A stretch of 32,000 nucleotides of DNA from Rhodoferax potami (GCF_032193805.1 NZ_JAVBIK010000001.1:1070033-1102032); one strand, 5' to 3'. Counted from the stretch's first letter, positions 18,537 to 26,532 are shown. The notes: generated by a model not told the origin, from the letters alone. A program made the numbers and translations.

Positions 18537-18872
18537 ATGCGTATGAAAGCACAGCAAACCCTCTTCGGTATCAAGGCAAGTGAAGGCCAAGTTGAAGACA
18601 ACAAATTCAGCTCTACAACCTTCTACCTGCCAGCCGACTTAGCAGCAAACGCCAGTTCAAAAACACTCGGCATCGTCACAGTCCCCTACAAGTTTGGAGA
18701 CGCCTCCGAGTTCTCCAAGTGGGCGCACCTTGAGAAATCATGGCCTGCTGCCGGTGTTCCTGTTGACGTCGAATTCGACATCGTTGCCGGTAAGGATGCC
18801 CAAGGCCGTGACGCCGCCAAGGTCGTGTTGGTAGGTATCCAAATTCGCCGCGCTGCGGGCGCTCAGGCCTAA
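18537..18872 (+). CDS. probable ssDNA-binding protein (pV-like), assigned by position
   Basis: 111 aa with the ATG at 18537, immediately after Rep and of typical size. No motif recognised, so the function rests on synteny only. Confidence 0.5.
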   Translation: MRMKAQQTLFGIKASEGQVEDNKFSSTTFYLPADLAANASSKTLGIVTVPYKFGDASEFSKWAHLEKSWPAAGVPVDVEFDIVAGKDAQGRDAAKVVLVGIQIRRAAGAQA

Positions 18873-18874
18873 AC

Positions 18875-19096
18875 ATGCCCCGATACATCGTCCAGTCGAA
18901 AAGCACGGGCCGCCTTCTCGTTCCTTCGTCGGACGATGGTCAACCCGAATGGACCCTCGACCTCAAAAAAGCAGGCGTTGGCGTTGTCCCTGAAATCGAT
19001 CGTGCTGTGCAGCTCGTCGAAGACTGGTGCGATGTTGACGACCTCCCCCAAATCATCGATCTCGACCGATTGGGAACGCAGGACGACTACCAGTGA
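18875..19096 (+). CDS. hypothetical small acidic phage protein
   Basis: 73 aa. Starts 2 nt after the preceding stop. Acidic C-terminus. Confidence 0.55.
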   Translation: MPRYIVQSKSTGRLLVPSSDDGQPEWTLDLKKAGVGVVPEIDRAVQLVEDWCDVDDLPQIIDLDRLGTQDDYQ

Positions 19097-19212
19097 AAGC
19101 ACTCCGCAACATCCCCGCCGCTTGGGTCTACATCGCCCAGGCATTCACCACCAGCGCCGAACTCTTCCGCATGGGATGGCAAGACGCAAAACGAACCTTA
19201 AAGGCCCCCTGA
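19093..19212 (+). CDS. hypothetical 39-aa phage ORF (GTG start)
   Basis: GTGA overlap with the previous stop and TGATG-type overlap with the next start. Sequence VKALRNIPAAWVYIAQAFTTSAELFRMGWQDAKRTLKAP. Found by hand; below the ORF-track length cut-off. Confidence 0.35.
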   Translation: MKALRNIPAAWVYIAQAFTTSAELFRMGWQDAKRTLKAP

Positions 19213-19334
19213 TGGAGTACCAATGCACAAACCCCGAATGTGGATGGACTGGCGACAACCCAGACGAATCCAACGACGGCGAAGGCAGCCCCGTTTGCCC
19301 TGAATGTGACCACCCTTGTGAGTACGAGGACTGA
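19212..19334 (+). CDS. 40-aa zinc-ribbon-like phage protein
   Basis: MEYQCTNPECGWTGDNPDESNDGEGSPVCPECDHPCEYED has CxxC...CxxC. Start and stop overlap the neighbouring ORFs by 1 nt. Confidence 0.45.
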   Translation: MEYQCTNPECGWTGDNPDESNDGEGSPVCPECDHPCEYED

Positions 19335-19468
19335 TGGACTACGCATCGTTAGGCGTCACCCCTGAAGCTGTCGGTTACGCATGGGCTTTCGGCTTCGGCT
19401 CCGTCGTCCTCTGCTACCTGTTCGGCTACTCCATCGGGGTTATCAAAACCGCCATTAACAAGATTTGA
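19334..19468 (+). CDS. 44-aa hydrophobic protein (pVII/pIX-like minor coat candidate)
   Basis: MDYASLGVTPEAVGYAWAFGFGSVVLCYLFGYSIGVIKTAINKI has a single TM helix. ATGA overlap with the preceding ORF. Confidence 0.45.
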   Translation: MDYASLGVTPEAVGYAWAFGFGSVVLCYLFGYSIGVIKTAINKI

Positions 19469-19483
19469 AACCGCAACGTTAAG

Positions 19484-19497
19484 CACTGCGCGCAGTG
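19484..19497. promoter_or_regulatory. 14-bp perfect palindrome upstream of the major coat gene
   Basis: CACTGCG|CGCAGTG followed by TTT, located 56 nt before the coat ATG. Hairpin or attenuator candidate. Confidence 0.3.
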
Positions 19498-19552
19498 TTT
19501 AGCGGTGTCGATTTCCGGCATCAATCAACCAACTTTTCTAAGGAAAACTGAA

Positions 19553-19777
19553 ATGAACTTCAAGCAAAAAATGGCTCGTCTGTCTGCAATCGCTTTGGCT
19601 ACTGGTGCAGGTGTTTCCGCACACGCTGCCGGTACTGATCCTGTGTCCACCCTCTTGGGCGGAATCGACCTGACTGCCGTTGCAGCTGCCGTGCTCGTCA
19701 TCGGCGCTCTGGTCGTTGGCATCACCATGTCCTTCAAGGGCGTGGACGTGTCCAAGCGCGCTATCAAGAAGGTCTAA
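19553..19777 (+). CDS. major coat protein (pVIII-like)
   Basis: 74 aa. Signal peptide ...GVSAHA|AGTDP, an acidic N-terminus in the mature part, a hydrophobic core AVAAAVLVIGALVVGI and a basic C-terminus KRAIKKV. AAGGA RBS present. Confidence 0.8.
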   Translation: MNFKQKMARLSAIALATGAGVSAHAAGTDPVSTLLGGIDLTAVAAAVLVIGALVVGITMSFKGVDVSKRAIKKV

Positions 19778-19783
19778 GCACCT

Positions 19784-19885
19784 ATGTCAGACGCTGCCGC
19801 CGTTTCCCTGTTATGGGGCTTAATCGTCGCCGTTGGCGCCCTCGGCGGCATTGCGTTTGTCATCGGCATGAGGTCAACACCATGA
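19784..19885 (+). CDS. 33-aa hydrophobic protein (minor coat candidate)
   Basis: MSDAAAVSLLWGLIVAVGALGGIAFVIGMRSTP. ATGA overlap with the pIII-like start. Confidence 0.4.
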   Translation: MSDAAAVSLLWGLIVAVGALGGIAFVIGMRSTP

Positions 19886-21207
19886 GAAAAAATCTTTTTC
19901 GCTTGGCGTTGGCCTTGTGTCTGTCTTTGCCGGTAGTTGTCCAGGCTAACCCCGTCTTTCCCGCCACCACATCAGGCAACACCACCAGTTACGGCGAAGG
20001 CACCTATTCAAACGCTACCTATGCCGCCGCTGCTGTTGCCACCACTGCGGCCGGTGCCATCGCAGTTGAATACCGCACCCAAATCGCTACCGCTGCCGGT
20101 GCCGTTTTCCCGATCGTTACTCGCGCATTGCCTTCTACTGCTGCGATTGCCGGTGCCGCGCGGTACTGCCTTGCAAACGTCGCCTGTTACGGCACTGCCG
20201 CTGCTGCTGCCGCTATCGGCGTCATTGCTTCCCATTACGGCTACGACTACGAAAACACGCCCACCGGCCCTGTAATCACTCGAAATGACCCCAACTCGTG
20301 CACCTCGTACCCGTGCACGCAGTTCGCATATGCCCCTGATAGCCGCTTGCCAACTCCCTCATGGTTCACCACCACCGAAAAGGCTTGCAAAGCCTTTGTT
20401 TCCGCTTGGAATGCCTACGGGGGCCTAGCTCGCCGTGAGTTTTACTACGTCGAAGGTCTTACTTGCATGATGCGCCAAGATAACGGCGGCTGGTGGGGTG
20501 TTGCAGGTAACGACCTCCAGCGCAGAACCATTGAATCCGGAACACCTAGCAAGCTACCCGCAACCCCTGCGGAGCTTGCATCCGACATTGAAGCCAGCGC
20601 TAAGCCCGACACCGCGCAGTCAACTGACGCCAAGAAAACCGTTCTCACAGAGTCCGCTAAATCAGGGTACGAAGTACCCTTGAGTCGCCCTACCTCTATC
20701 GACGTTCCGAAGCCTGTAGTTACTCAAAACCCAACACACACCGATTTAGGTGGCGGCAAGACAAAGACCACTACAAAACGCACGTCTGTCACCTGTACGC
20801 CTCCTGATTGCGTAGCAATCGAAACCACCATCGAACAGGTCAAGGATCTTGGTGTTGGAACCACCACAACCACCACCACCGAAACCCCCGCTGATGTTGT
20901 CCAGGACGTGCCGCTCTCAGATGTCCCCAAGCTTTACAAACGTAAGTATGAAAGCGGGATAGTCGGCGTTTGGACTGAAAAGAAGGCACAGCTCTCAAGC
21001 TCCGGTCTCGGCTCCCTCCTTCAGGCCATGATGCCCAATATTGGCAGTTCAGGCGGTTGCCCTGTCTTCTCCATCCCCGCCAAAATCGGCCCCCTTTCGT
21101 TCGGGTCCGGCTTCTCTGGTCCCCCTTGCTACATCTGGGAATTTTGCAAAGTTGTCGTTCTGCTCGGCGCTGCTTTCCTCGCCCGAGCTCTTGTCTTTGG
21201 AGGTTAA
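19882..21207 (+). CDS. adsorption / minor coat protein (pIII-like)
   Basis: 441 aa from the ATG at 19882. Signal peptide LCLSLPVVVQA, Thr-rich linkers (GTTTTTTTETP) and a C-terminal membrane anchor VVVLLGAAFLARALVFGG. Position before the pVI/pI genes. Confidence 0.7.
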   Translation: MRKNLFRLALALCLSLPVVVQANPVFPATTSGNTTSYGEGTYSNATYAAAAVATTAAGAIAVEYRTQIATAAGAVFPIVTRALPSTAAIAGAARYCLANVACYGTAAAAAAIGVIASHYGYDYENTPTGPVITRNDPNSCTSYPCTQFAYAPDSRLPTPSWFTTTEKACKAFVSAWNAYGGLARREFYYVEGLTCMMRQDNGGWWGVAGNDLQRRTIESGTPSKLPATPAELASDIEASAKPDTAQSTDAKKTVLTESAKSGYEVPLSRPTSIDVPKPVVTQNPTHTDLGGGKTKTTTKRTSVTCTPPDCVAIETTIEQVKDLGVGTTTTTTTETPADVVQDVPLSDVPKLYKRKYESGIVGVWTEKKAQLSSSGLGSLLQAMMPNIGSSGGCPVFSIPAKIGPLSFGSGFSGPPCYIWEFCKVVVLLGAAFLARALVFGG

Positions 21208-21210
21208 AAA

Positions 21211-21546
21211 ATGGCAGGTCTAATCGCCGCGATTTATGGCAAAGTCGCCGCCCTCATTGCATGGTTTGGAAACCTCTTTGTCGCCGTGTTTGTGGCCCTC
21301 TGGGACATATCCCGCGACCTCTTTGCATGGGTGTTTGAACAGGTGCTAACCGTTGCCGTTTCTGGTGTTAGTGCCGTCGATGTTTCGGGCCTCACAAACA
21401 ACCTGCAAGGGGCCTTCGTCATCCCTCAAAAAATCCTTGAGGTCGCCTCTGCCATTGGCCTCGGTCAAGCCCTCGCAATCATTGCAACAGCCATAACAAT
21501 CCGCCTTGGTTTGCAGTTGATTCCGTTCACCCGTCTGGGGTCCTAA
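21211..21546 (+). CDS. pVI-like minor coat / membrane protein
   Basis: 111 aa with multiple hydrophobic helices. Located directly between the pIII-like and Zot-like genes. Confidence 0.65.
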   Translation: MAGLIAAIYGKVAALIAWFGNLFVAVFVALWDISRDLFAWVFEQVLTVAVSGVSAVDVSGLTNNLQGAFVIPQKILEVASAIGLGQALAIIATAITIRLGLQLIPFTRLGS

Positions 21547-22767
21547 ATGCTGAATGGACTCCAAGGCATACCGGGCTCTGGCAAGAGCTACGAAGCCACC
21601 GTTTATCACGTCCTGGCAGCGCTTAAGCGTGGGCGCAAGGTCATTACAAACCTACCTCTAAACATAGAGCAGTTCTCTGCCATCGACCCTGCTTATGCCG
21701 ACCTGATAGAAGTTCGTCGCCGCCCTGCAAAGGTCTTGGGCACATGGGACGCAAACAGGGTGGACGACAAGGGCAACGGCCTAGCGTTTGAGGTAATAGA
21801 GGGCTACGAAGACAAGCGCCATTCCATAGAGGCCGTAGAGACCACGCACGGCTTCAGAGGTAACCTCTCTGCCCCTGTCGCGGTCTTTGGCAACGTCTGG
21901 GACTACTACACCGAATGGAAGCACCCAGAGACCGGCCAAGGCCCCTTATTTGTTGTCGATGAATGCCACGTTCCTATGCCTCGCACGGGTACAAGCGTTT
22001 GGGTTATCGAGTGGTACAAGCTGCACCGACATTTCAACGTTGACGTGTTGTTGATGACCCAGAATTTCAGGCACATGAATGGAGACATTGCCGACCTGTT
22101 GGCCATGCTCATCAAGGTTCGTAAGGCCGACATTCTGGGCAAGAAAAACGAATACATCAGGCGGGTGCATGGCGGCTTTCGCGGTGCTGTCATCAGCGAA
22201 GAGGTCCGACCCTACAAGCCCGAATTTTTCCAGCTCTACAAGAGCCACACGCAAGGCAACAGCGTTAGCGAAAGCAGCGCCGACGATGTGACCCCCGCTA
22301 TCGTCAAATTCAAGCGTTACACCCGCATTCTTTGGGTGTGCATCCTGCTCGGGGCTGTTTTCGTCGGATATCGCATCTTTGCCCCCAAGTCCAAAACAGT
22401 CACAACCGTTACGGTGGAAAAAATTGATACTCCAACTGCTGCCGCTGCTCCAGCTGGTGCCGCTTCTGGTTTGCCGGTTGTTGTCCAGGGCGAAACCTCC
22501 ACAATCCCCGAACCCTACGAAAACCAGTCAATCCACATGACAGGCCGAATCAAGATGGGCGACAAGGAAACCTACACATTCACCCTCGCCCAAAATGGTC
22601 TAGTCGTGAATCACATCACAGATACAGAGCTGCGCAAGGCTGGCTATAAATTCACCGGCACAAGCGATTGCACGGGCTTCATAGAGTGGGACAAGAAGGC
22701 TCGCGCCGTCTCCTGCAACTTCCCGTCCCAACAAATGGCTGCTGAAGGTATCCAGAAAAAAGGCTGA
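21547..22767 (+). CDS. zot: Zot-like / pI assembly ATPase
   Basis: 406 aa. N-terminal Walker A GIPGSGKSYEA, Walker B-like LFVVDECH, and a central TM helix (ILWVCILLGAVFVGYRIF). Confidence 0.88.
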   Translation: MLNGLQGIPGSGKSYEATVYHVLAALKRGRKVITNLPLNIEQFSAIDPAYADLIEVRRRPAKVLGTWDANRVDDKGNGLAFEVIEGYEDKRHSIEAVETTHGFRGNLSAPVAVFGNVWDYYTEWKHPETGQGPLFVVDECHVPMPRTGTSVWVIEWYKLHRHFNVDVLLMTQNFRHMNGDIADLLAMLIKVRKADILGKKNEYIRRVHGGFRGAVISEEVRPYKPEFFQLYKSHTQGNSVSESSADDVTPAIVKFKRYTRILWVCILLGAVFVGYRIFAPKSKTVTTVTVEKIDTPTAAAAPAGAASGLPVVVQGETSTIPEPYENQSIHMTGRIKMGDKETYTFTLAQNGLVVNHITDTELRKAGYKFTGTSDCTGFIEWDKKARAVSCNFPSQQMAAEGIQKKG

Positions 22768-22837
22768 GATCTGAGTGCATACAACGTCCTGAATACCAAC
22801 TCACGGCCGATACAATTCAGAAAAATTGGGAGCGGCC

Positions 22838-23134
22838 ATGCACAAAACGGTTTTAGCCTTTGCATTTCTGTCGATTTTTCAGACAGCATCGGCATCAGAC
22901 ATATTCACTCAAAAGCCCACCATATCTGCCGGTGGCGTTAGCACCGTGCCTCAGACCCAGAGACAAGCGGCGGCGGCTGGTCAAGAAAACTGCGCTGCCT
23001 TGGTCCAAGAACGCCGAGCTATCGAACACATAGACCAAAAGCAAATTTGGGTGCCGATTGAGCAGCAGAATGCCAACTATCACCGCATGCGAGCTATCAA
23101 GACCGAGATGGGTGCTCGTGGCTGTGGCTACTGA
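22838..23134 (+). CDS. small secreted protein, unknown function
   Basis: 98 aa from the ATG at 22838. Signal peptide AFAFLSIFQTASA|SD, and 2 Cys in the mature part. Confidence 0.5.
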   Translation: MHKTVLAFAFLSIFQTASASDIFTQKPTISAGGVSTVPQTQRQAAAAGQENCAALVQERRAIEHIDQKQIWVPIEQQNANYHRMRAIKTEMGARGCGY

Positions 23135-23268
23135 TCCGACCTCACGTCCAGCCATCGCGTTCATTTCCAATTACGCTTTTCGCGAGTTTGTTTGCATTCG
23201 TCTGAATATCCATCAGATTCTGCATCGCAAATTACTTACATCCCTCAATCACTACCCTGGAAACACTC

Positions 23269-23892
23269 ATGCAGCAGGCAACAATTGATATTTCAAAAGC
23301 CGATAGCGGCTCACCATCGTTTTCCCGTCTGGTTGTATCTCTATTGAATTTGGTTGCATACCAACGGTGCAACACCTCTATTGGTTATCCAGGGCTACCG
23401 AATGTAAAGGTCGAAATGGAACTCGGCGATACGATGCTTTATGAAACGACTCAGGACGGGATACTAGAAGTTCGACTCACTGCGATTTACGGCTCTGCTG
23501 CTAAGTTTACAGTTAGCCAAGTTGCACCTGGGTTTGGTCTGGGAGCTGCTATGACGGCAAGTGATCCCAACAACCTTCCTTTCAGTGAGCACGAACGCAC
23601 CCAGATTGCGGAGAGTATCGAAGCTACTAAGAGGGAGTTGGTAAATTCGGGACATCACACGACAGAACAGCTTTCACTAATTTTTCAAAGACTGGATGAA
23701 ACTTATAACGCTTCATCCAAATTGGGAAAAAAGGATTGGCAGAATTATGTCAATAACACACTTACTGCTTTGTGCATCTCAGCAGCCTTTTCTACTGAAG
23801 TCAGAGAAGCATTTTTTGTGACTGTCAACTCAGCTTTTTCTTGGTTGTTTACAAATACGGCCGTTCTGCTTCAATACTCGACCTCTCCCTAA
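23269..23892 (+). CDS. cargo ORF A, hypothetical 207-aa protein
   Basis: A long ORF in AT-rich DNA, where chance ORFs are short. Helical middle region and a hydrophobic C-terminal ~45 aa. No family recognised and no clear SD. Confidence 0.55.
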   Translation: MQQATIDISKADSGSPSFSRLVVSLLNLVAYQRCNTSIGYPGLPNVKVEMELGDTMLYETTQDGILEVRLTAIYGSAAKFTVSQVAPGFGLGAAMTASDPNNLPFSEHERTQIAESIEATKRELVNSGHHTTEQLSLIFQRLDETYNASSKLGKKDWQNYVNNTLTALCISAAFSTEVREAFFVTVNSAFSWLFTNTAVLLQYSTSP

Positions 23893-23964
23893 CGCTCTCG
23901 GGCAAAGGTGTCTGCATTCGTGCTTTATCTGCTGGAGAAATTAACGTGTCCTTTACAGCGAATT

Positions 23965-23986
23965 GATAGACGGTCCTCCGTCTATC
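23965..23986 (+). terminator. stem-loop downstream of cargo ORF A
   Basis: GATAGACGG-TCCT-CCGTCTATC, a perfect 9-bp stem, 73 nt after the stop. It is followed by GCTTCTT only, with no strong U-tract. Confidence 0.35.
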
Positions 23987-24259
23987 GCTTCTTGGGGCTA
24001 GAAGCGTCGCTAGCTCTTTGAGCACTTCCCAAAAAAGCGGATTTTCACATGTCGACACGGACGCAATCATCAATAGCACTATCCCTTAAAGCAAAATCTT
24101 GCGGATCATTACAGTACTTACATATGCGCAAACGCACATAAATATATTAATAAAAATACTTCTTGTGCCTTCTGCAATTATTTAATTGTAATTTATCTCG
24201 AATCAGAGAAAATTTTTTCACATACCTCTCGGCACCCTTAAACTTGCTCAAATATCATT

Positions 24260-24766
24260 ATGGACATAATAAAAACCATTACAGACTGGCCCGTAATTGT
24301 TCAGGGCGCGCTTGGCTCAGCTTTGTTTTGGGTCATTCTAGAGACGGGTCAGCGTCTACTGAAGCAAGCAACATCTAGATTTTCAAGTGACCAAATGGCT
24401 GCAAATTATTTTGCATTGGCAGCGCATGAGGCTGAAGGAAAATTTGGAGAAAAAGCACGTTTCATGTGTCTGTATGCTGCTCTTCACTACTGCTCGAAAG
24501 CCGCAATCGTAATTGTTCTTTCTCTCGTATTGGGGCAGGTATTTGGGATATTCGCGACTGTCGGTTATCTCTTGGCTGTATTTTTCCTTTTTCGAGCTTT
24601 AGCGTTTGTTCCCCACACAGCTAGCTGGGGCACAACTGTGCAAAGAGAAAGCAAGTTCAAAGACGTTGTGACAGCCATACGATCAGACAAGAGCACTCCT
24701 CCGCGAGATACTAACAAGGTATCTGAGTCAAATCCGCCTGTGCCATCAATTAAGCGGGAAACCTAA
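24260..24766 (+). CDS. cargo ORF B, predicted membrane protein (about 3 TM helices)
   Basis: 168 aa. Hydrophobic segments WPVIVQGALGSALFWVILE and AAIVIVLSLVLGQVFGIFATVGYLLAVFFLF, with a hydrophilic tail. Preceded by ~360 nt of ~32% G+C DNA. Confidence 0.55.
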   Translation: MDIIKTITDWPVIVQGALGSALFWVILETGQRLLKQATSRFSSDQMAANYFALAAHEAEGKFGEKARFMCLYAALHYCSKAAIVIVLSLVLGQVFGIFATVGYLLAVFFLFRALAFVPHTASWGTTVQRESKFKDVVTAIRSDKSTPPRDTNKVSESNPPVPSIKRET

Positions 24767-25045
24767 TTTTGCTCGCTAAATTAAATGAAATAATTGCAAT
24801 GCAATGTTGTATTTTGAATTTCAGTTTTTTTAATTTCGGGTTTCACGCAGATTAAAATTACTCCAGCTCTACCCTCAATAACTATTTTTATCTTTTTTAA
24901 TTTGCCTCGGCATTCGCAAATTTGCTTTAGATCCGAGCAATCAGACAGATAGATCCGTTATCTTTTAATGGTGATTTAATTTTAAAATACTTAACACCAA
25001 CCTACACAGGGAGCATCTGCACCTTATTTATATTATTAATTTTCC

Positions 25046-25621
25046 ATGGAAAATAAGTATATAAAATCGTTAAAATTGGCAGTTAATAACTCTCGGGATT
25101 TGGAGCTTTTGCAATCTGACAGAGATCCAGATTTCACCTTAGCTACAATTTCCAAAGAAGTCATATTGGCTATCCTCAATGACTTCGTGCCACACCTCTA
25201 CAGGCTAGGTCTATCCAGTTCAAGCTTGCTGAACGGAAACTGCATACAAGTCCATGATCAATTGCAGAGCTTTCTCTTACTTCGCGGAATCAGCTCTTAT
25301 ATGACCATTGGAAGTATGCATGGAGGCGATTGGTCCTACTGCCAAACTTCGATAGAAAAGCTCAAAAATGATTTGGTGAGGGCTAGTAGAGATGAAGCGA
25401 TAAGAGTCCACACGTGGCTGACGCTTGGCGATGCATCAATCATCGACTGGACAGGCGGGGCTTGGCATGACGTTCAGTCTCAGTTGGATCAGCCAGCTGA
25501 AAAGTGCCTGACTTATTTCCCCCAAGGGGCACAAGACGCGGACTACTACCACCTTCCGTATCTTTTAGGTCGTGATTTTTTGATCAAAACAAATTGTATA
25601 TGTCATGTGAGGCGGACTTAG
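25046..25621 (+). CDS. cargo ORF C, possible transglutaminase-like / papain-fold Cys-His-Asp protein
   Basis: 191 aa. GNC66IQVHDQLQSFLLLRGISSYMTIG, then VH122TWLTLGDASIID134WT. This resembles the G-x-C...H-x-W...D-x-T spacing of transglutaminase-like cysteine peptidases. Motif-level evidence only. Confidence 0.55.
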   Translation: MENKYIKSLKLAVNNSRDLELLQSDRDPDFTLATISKEVILAILNDFVPHLYRLGLSSSSLLNGNCIQVHDQLQSFLLLRGISSYMTIGSMHGGDWSYCQTSIEKLKNDLVRASRDEAIRVHTWLTLGDASIIDWTGGAWHDVQSQLDQPAEKCLTYFPQGAQDADYYHLPYLLGRDFLIKTNCICHVRRT

Positions 25622-25752
25622 ATGCCTTCCATCCGAATGTCATTTCACACATCACAATAGTTTGGAAGTGGGAATCTGTCCATTTAACTTGGATTCATGT
25701 GCTTTACAAATTGAGCCCTCCGCATCCACCGTTATGGTCACAGATTCATTTT

Positions 25753-26121
25753 TTAAAAGTCTCTGAAATATGCATCGTCTTGAACGATGCTTTCCCAGCT
25801 CCTCCCACTATCAACAAGCCCTTGAAAAAATGGGGTGAGTTTGTATCCTTCCCAAACATATCCCCTGATCGACAAACGGTTGGTCTTTTCAGCCACCGCC
25901 CGCCCTAAAAAGTTCACGCTGATTTGGGCGCTCTTCCATGCCTGGACAAGTTGGCGCGCTTTCCGCGCTAAGTCCTTTGCCCACTGCGGTGTAGTCGGAG
26001 CAAAGTTAAAAACACACTCCATCAAACGCATGATGCGCGGGGAATTCTTGAAGCCGTTATGAAACAACTCGCGTTGAAAACGCAGTGCTTCTGGGTGCTT
26101 CAAGTAGTTCTTTGCAATCAT
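25753..26121 (-). CDS. cargo ORF D, hypothetical 122-aa protein
   Basis: ORF in ~45% G+C DNA, convergent with ORF C. AAGG lies ~10 nt upstream of the ATG. No family recognised. Confidence 0.45.
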   Translation of the reverse strand: MIAKNYLKHPEALRFQRELFHNGFKNSPRIMRLMECVFNFAPTTPQWAKDLARKARQLVQAWKSAQISVNFLGRAVAEKTNRLSIRGYVWEGYKLTPFFQGLVDSGRSWESIVQDDAYFRDF

Positions 26122-26150
26122 GGTCTTGGCCTTTCAAGTTACCGGATTCC

Positions 26151-26447
26151 CTAGATTCCGAGCTGGTCCCCTTTAGGTTTCCAAGCTGCCATCGTTTGGG
26201 CTTGTCCGTTACCGTCTTTCCCTGAGTTCGTCGCTGTAACGAAATGGCGCATAGGGTGGGCTTGGATGTGCGGGGAAGCTTTGTAAAGCGAAGCTTTATG
26301 AATACCCCGCGCAGCCACGACCAAGCGCAGCGGCCCTATGCAGAGTGGAGTGAAGGCGACTAACTCAGAGAATGCCAGGACAAAGCAAAGACGGTGGCGC
26401 GGAATGCGATAGGGATCGTCACCCGAATGGGCCATGACCTTAGGCAT
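26151..26447 (-). CDS. cargo ORF E, doubtful 98-aa ORF
   Basis: An open frame ending 29 nt upstream of ORF D. No SD, odd composition, no recognisable motif. Confidence 0.2.
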   Translation of the reverse strand: MPKVMAHSGDDPYRIPRHRLCFVLAFSELVAFTPLCIGPLRLVVAARGIHKASLYKASPHIQAHPMRHFVTATNSGKDGNGQAQTMAAWKPKGDQLGI

Positions 26448-26532
26448 GGTTGCGAAGCAATAGAGCCCGGGCCTTTAGGCATCGCCCTGCCTTAAATACT
26501 TACGCAAATGATAATCAATACGTTAAAATTTA

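Noticed and set aside
20860-20885. Poly-Thr-coding ACC/ACA run in the pIII-like gene and the His-codon repeats in ureE, considered as possible tandem-repeat or CRISPR-like features.
   Set aside because: These are in-frame low-complexity coding repeats (linker and metal-binding tail). There is no repeat-spacer architecture anywhere in the window.
23849-24079. The 76-aa minus-strand ORF in the spacer after cargo ORF A, and the plus-strand ORFs 24163-24378 and 25594-25908.
   Set aside because: They overlap better-supported ORFs or the stem-loop, have no start context, and have implausible composition. The spacer is treated as non-coding.
25018-25045. A dif-like XerCD site (TTATTTATATTATTAATTTT), considered because many inoviruses integrate at dif.
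   Set aside because: Only the central TATATTAT matches the dif core; both flanking XerC and XerD arms mismatch. The element is already explained by tRNA-Ser att repeats and a serine recombinase.
26151-26447. A possible tyrosine-integrase remnant, suggested by 'HPMRHFVTAT' resembling the H-x-L-R-H box.
   Set aside because: No other integrase boxes are present. The spacing to any upstream Arg box is far too short, and there is no C-terminal catalytic Tyr context. The resemblance is judged coincidental.
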